In this document: positions 62,201 through 64,000 of the stretch, piece by piece
Numbering within the stretch: the stretch's first letter is position 1
Layout: each line of letters opens with the position of its first letter
Assembly (NCBI RefSeq): GCF_020745735.1
Contig: NC_083409.1
Location: 6,685,534 to 6,749,533, forward strand
Reading direction: 5' to 3'
DNA: 64,000 nt
Origin: Hemiscyllium ocellatum
Taxonomy: Eukaryota
Translations under genes and position numbers: made by a program
Notes under the pieces: generated by a model
What the model saw: only the letters and a program-made list of their open reading frames with translations
What the model was told of the DNA's origin: nothing
Databases searched by the model: none

Positions 62201-63770
62201 TGGTAACGAGTTTCTAGATCATGATAAGATTAGTAAGAATGAAGTATTGCATGTTTTAGCGAGCATAAAGGTGCGTGAATGCCCAGAGCCTGATGAAATG
62301 TATCCCAGGCTGCTCTGGGAGGCAAGGGACGTGATTGCTGGAACCCTGGGGGAGATATTCAATCTTTGTTGGCCACAGGTGAAGTGTCAGGTGACTGGAG
62401 GATTGCTAACATGGTTCCTTTGTTCAAGAAGAGTGGCCGGGATAGGCCAGAAAATTATGGTCCAAATCATCTGATACCAGTGGGAGGGAAATTATTGAAA
62501 ACAATTCTGAGGAACAGGATTAACCGACAATAGGAAAGACAGGGATGTAAGAGGGCAATCATGTCTGAATTTGTTAATTGAGTATTTTGAAAAGGTGAAT
62601 AAACATATTGATGAGGTTGTGAAGTTGATGTGTTTATATGGACTTCAGTGAGGCCTTTGGAAGACTGGCCCAAAGGCTAAGAGCCCATTGGAATCCAAGG
62701 CAGGTTAGGATCCAAAACCAGCATCCAAATAAGAGACAAAGAGGGATGGTGGAGGATTTGAGGCCTGTGACCAGTGTTGCACCGTAGGAGACAACGCTAG
62801 GGCTCTTGATACTTGCTGTATACACGAACCACTGGATGTGATTGTATACGGTATAATTTGTAAATTTGTAGATGACATGAAATTTTTGGTGTTGTTAATA
62901 TTGAGGAGGAAGGTTTCAGGCTGCAACCTGATATCATTCAGCTGGTAACCTGAACACAGCAATGGCAGATGGAATTTTATCCTGATAAATGTGAGGTGAT
63001 GCACGTTTGGAGACCTAGTAAGGGAAGGATATACACAATGAATGGTAGGTCCATAGGGAGTGCTGAGAATCAAAGGGAACTGAGCGTACAAATCCATAGA
63101 TTCCTGAAGGTGTACAGCACAGGGAGACAGGGTGGGAAGAAGGCATACGGGATGCGTGACTTGATCAGCTAGGTACAGAATATCGGAACAAGGAAGTTTG
63201 TTGCTACTTTACAGAGTCCTGATTAGGCCACAGCTGGAGTTCTGTGTGCAGTTCTGGTAACCACACTATCAGAAGTGCACACAGAGCATCCAGAGGAGAT
63301 ACACCAGGATGTTGCCTGGGATGGCAAGTCTCAGTTATAAAGAAAGACTGGATCAACTGGGTTTGCTTTCCCTGGAGCAGAGGAGGCTGAGGGATCCACC
63401 TGATTGAGGTACACAAAATTATGAAAGGCAAAGACAAAGTAGATCACGTGATTCTTTACCCTGTGGAAGACATATCTAAAACTAGAAGGCATAAGATTAA
63501 GGTGAAGATTAAGTGGTTTGGGAGGGATTTGAGAAAATATGTTTTCACCCAGATGATATAAATATGGTACTGGCTATCTGAGAGGGTAGTGAAGGCAGGT
63601 ACTCTCACAACATTTAAGAAGCATCCGGACAAGCACTTAAAATGCCAGGGCATAGTTGGCTATGGACCAAGTGCAGTTTCATGGGACTAGTGCAGTTTGG
63701 TGTTTGTTGGTCAGCACAGACATGGTGGGCCGGGAGGCCTGTTTCTGTGCTGTATCACCCCATAACTCTG
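59270..63770 (+). mobile_element. Series of CR1 ORF2 fragments (EN and RT parts)
   Basis: [68 protein letters not shown]. Confidence 0.85.
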
Positions 63771-63774
63771 GCTC

Positions 63775-64000
63775 TGCGTTGAAGACAGTGAAGCCTGTGA
63801 CAAAATTTGAAGAGAAGGATGTGGAAGCATTCCCCATGTTGTTTAAGAAGATAGCAACACAAGTGAGGTGGCCAAAAGCAGACTGGAGCTTGCCCATGCA
63901 AACTAAATGAACTGGCAAAGCACAAGAGATTTCTCCTCCTTGTCTGAGGAACAGTCGCAGGATCATGGGGAGGGGAAAAGGGCTATTCTAAACACACATG
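63775..64000 (+). mobile_element. Gypsy LTR-retrotransposon gag fragment, running off the window
   Basis: VTKFEEKDVEAFPMLFKKIATQVRWPKADWSL..QTK*TGKAQE..LSEEQSQD..KRAIL. Confidence 0.7.

Noticed and set aside
400-64000. Most short ORFs in the supplied track
   Set aside because: They are antisense or frameshifted pieces of LINEs, SINEs, microsatellites or N-runs, not host genes.

Overview
Repeat-rich vertebrate DNA from a cartilaginous fish, probably a carpet shark (inferred from near-identity with the nurse-shark NS4 light chain as I recall it, plus shark-type V-SINE, CR1 and Penelope repeats). The only host gene I can support is an immunoglobulin light-chain minicluster of the kappa-like (type III/NS4) isotype on the minus strand: promoter, leader (46008-45960), V (45773-45474) with a perfect 12-RSS, J (45013-44979) whose RSS has a perfect heptamer and nonamer but only a 9-bp spacer, an 8.4-kb intron, and a C exon (36616-36288) that has lost its stop codon. 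V is a pseudogene (one frameshift, two stops). A second, orphan C exon (23093-22768) carries three 1-bp deletions; its intron is cut at about 26,680 and fused to an inverted copy of the 3' flank of the first cluster. The C-downstream flank exists as four partial copies forming two inverted-repeat pairs (5.5-7.0/13.8-15.5 kb and 26.7-32.6/32.9-35.6 kb), with a 193-bp, about 97% identical tract at the inner ends of the second pair. A decayed retroviral env with PPT and 3' LTR lies between the first pair. The rest is Tx1, CR1, L2, RTE, Penelope, Gypsy, SINE and hAT debris, including a 96-bp Penelope insertion with an intact minimal hammerhead core and a candidate B-cell enhancer (EICE + E-box + 2 RUNX). 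Repeat boundaries are approximate and all alignments were done by eye.
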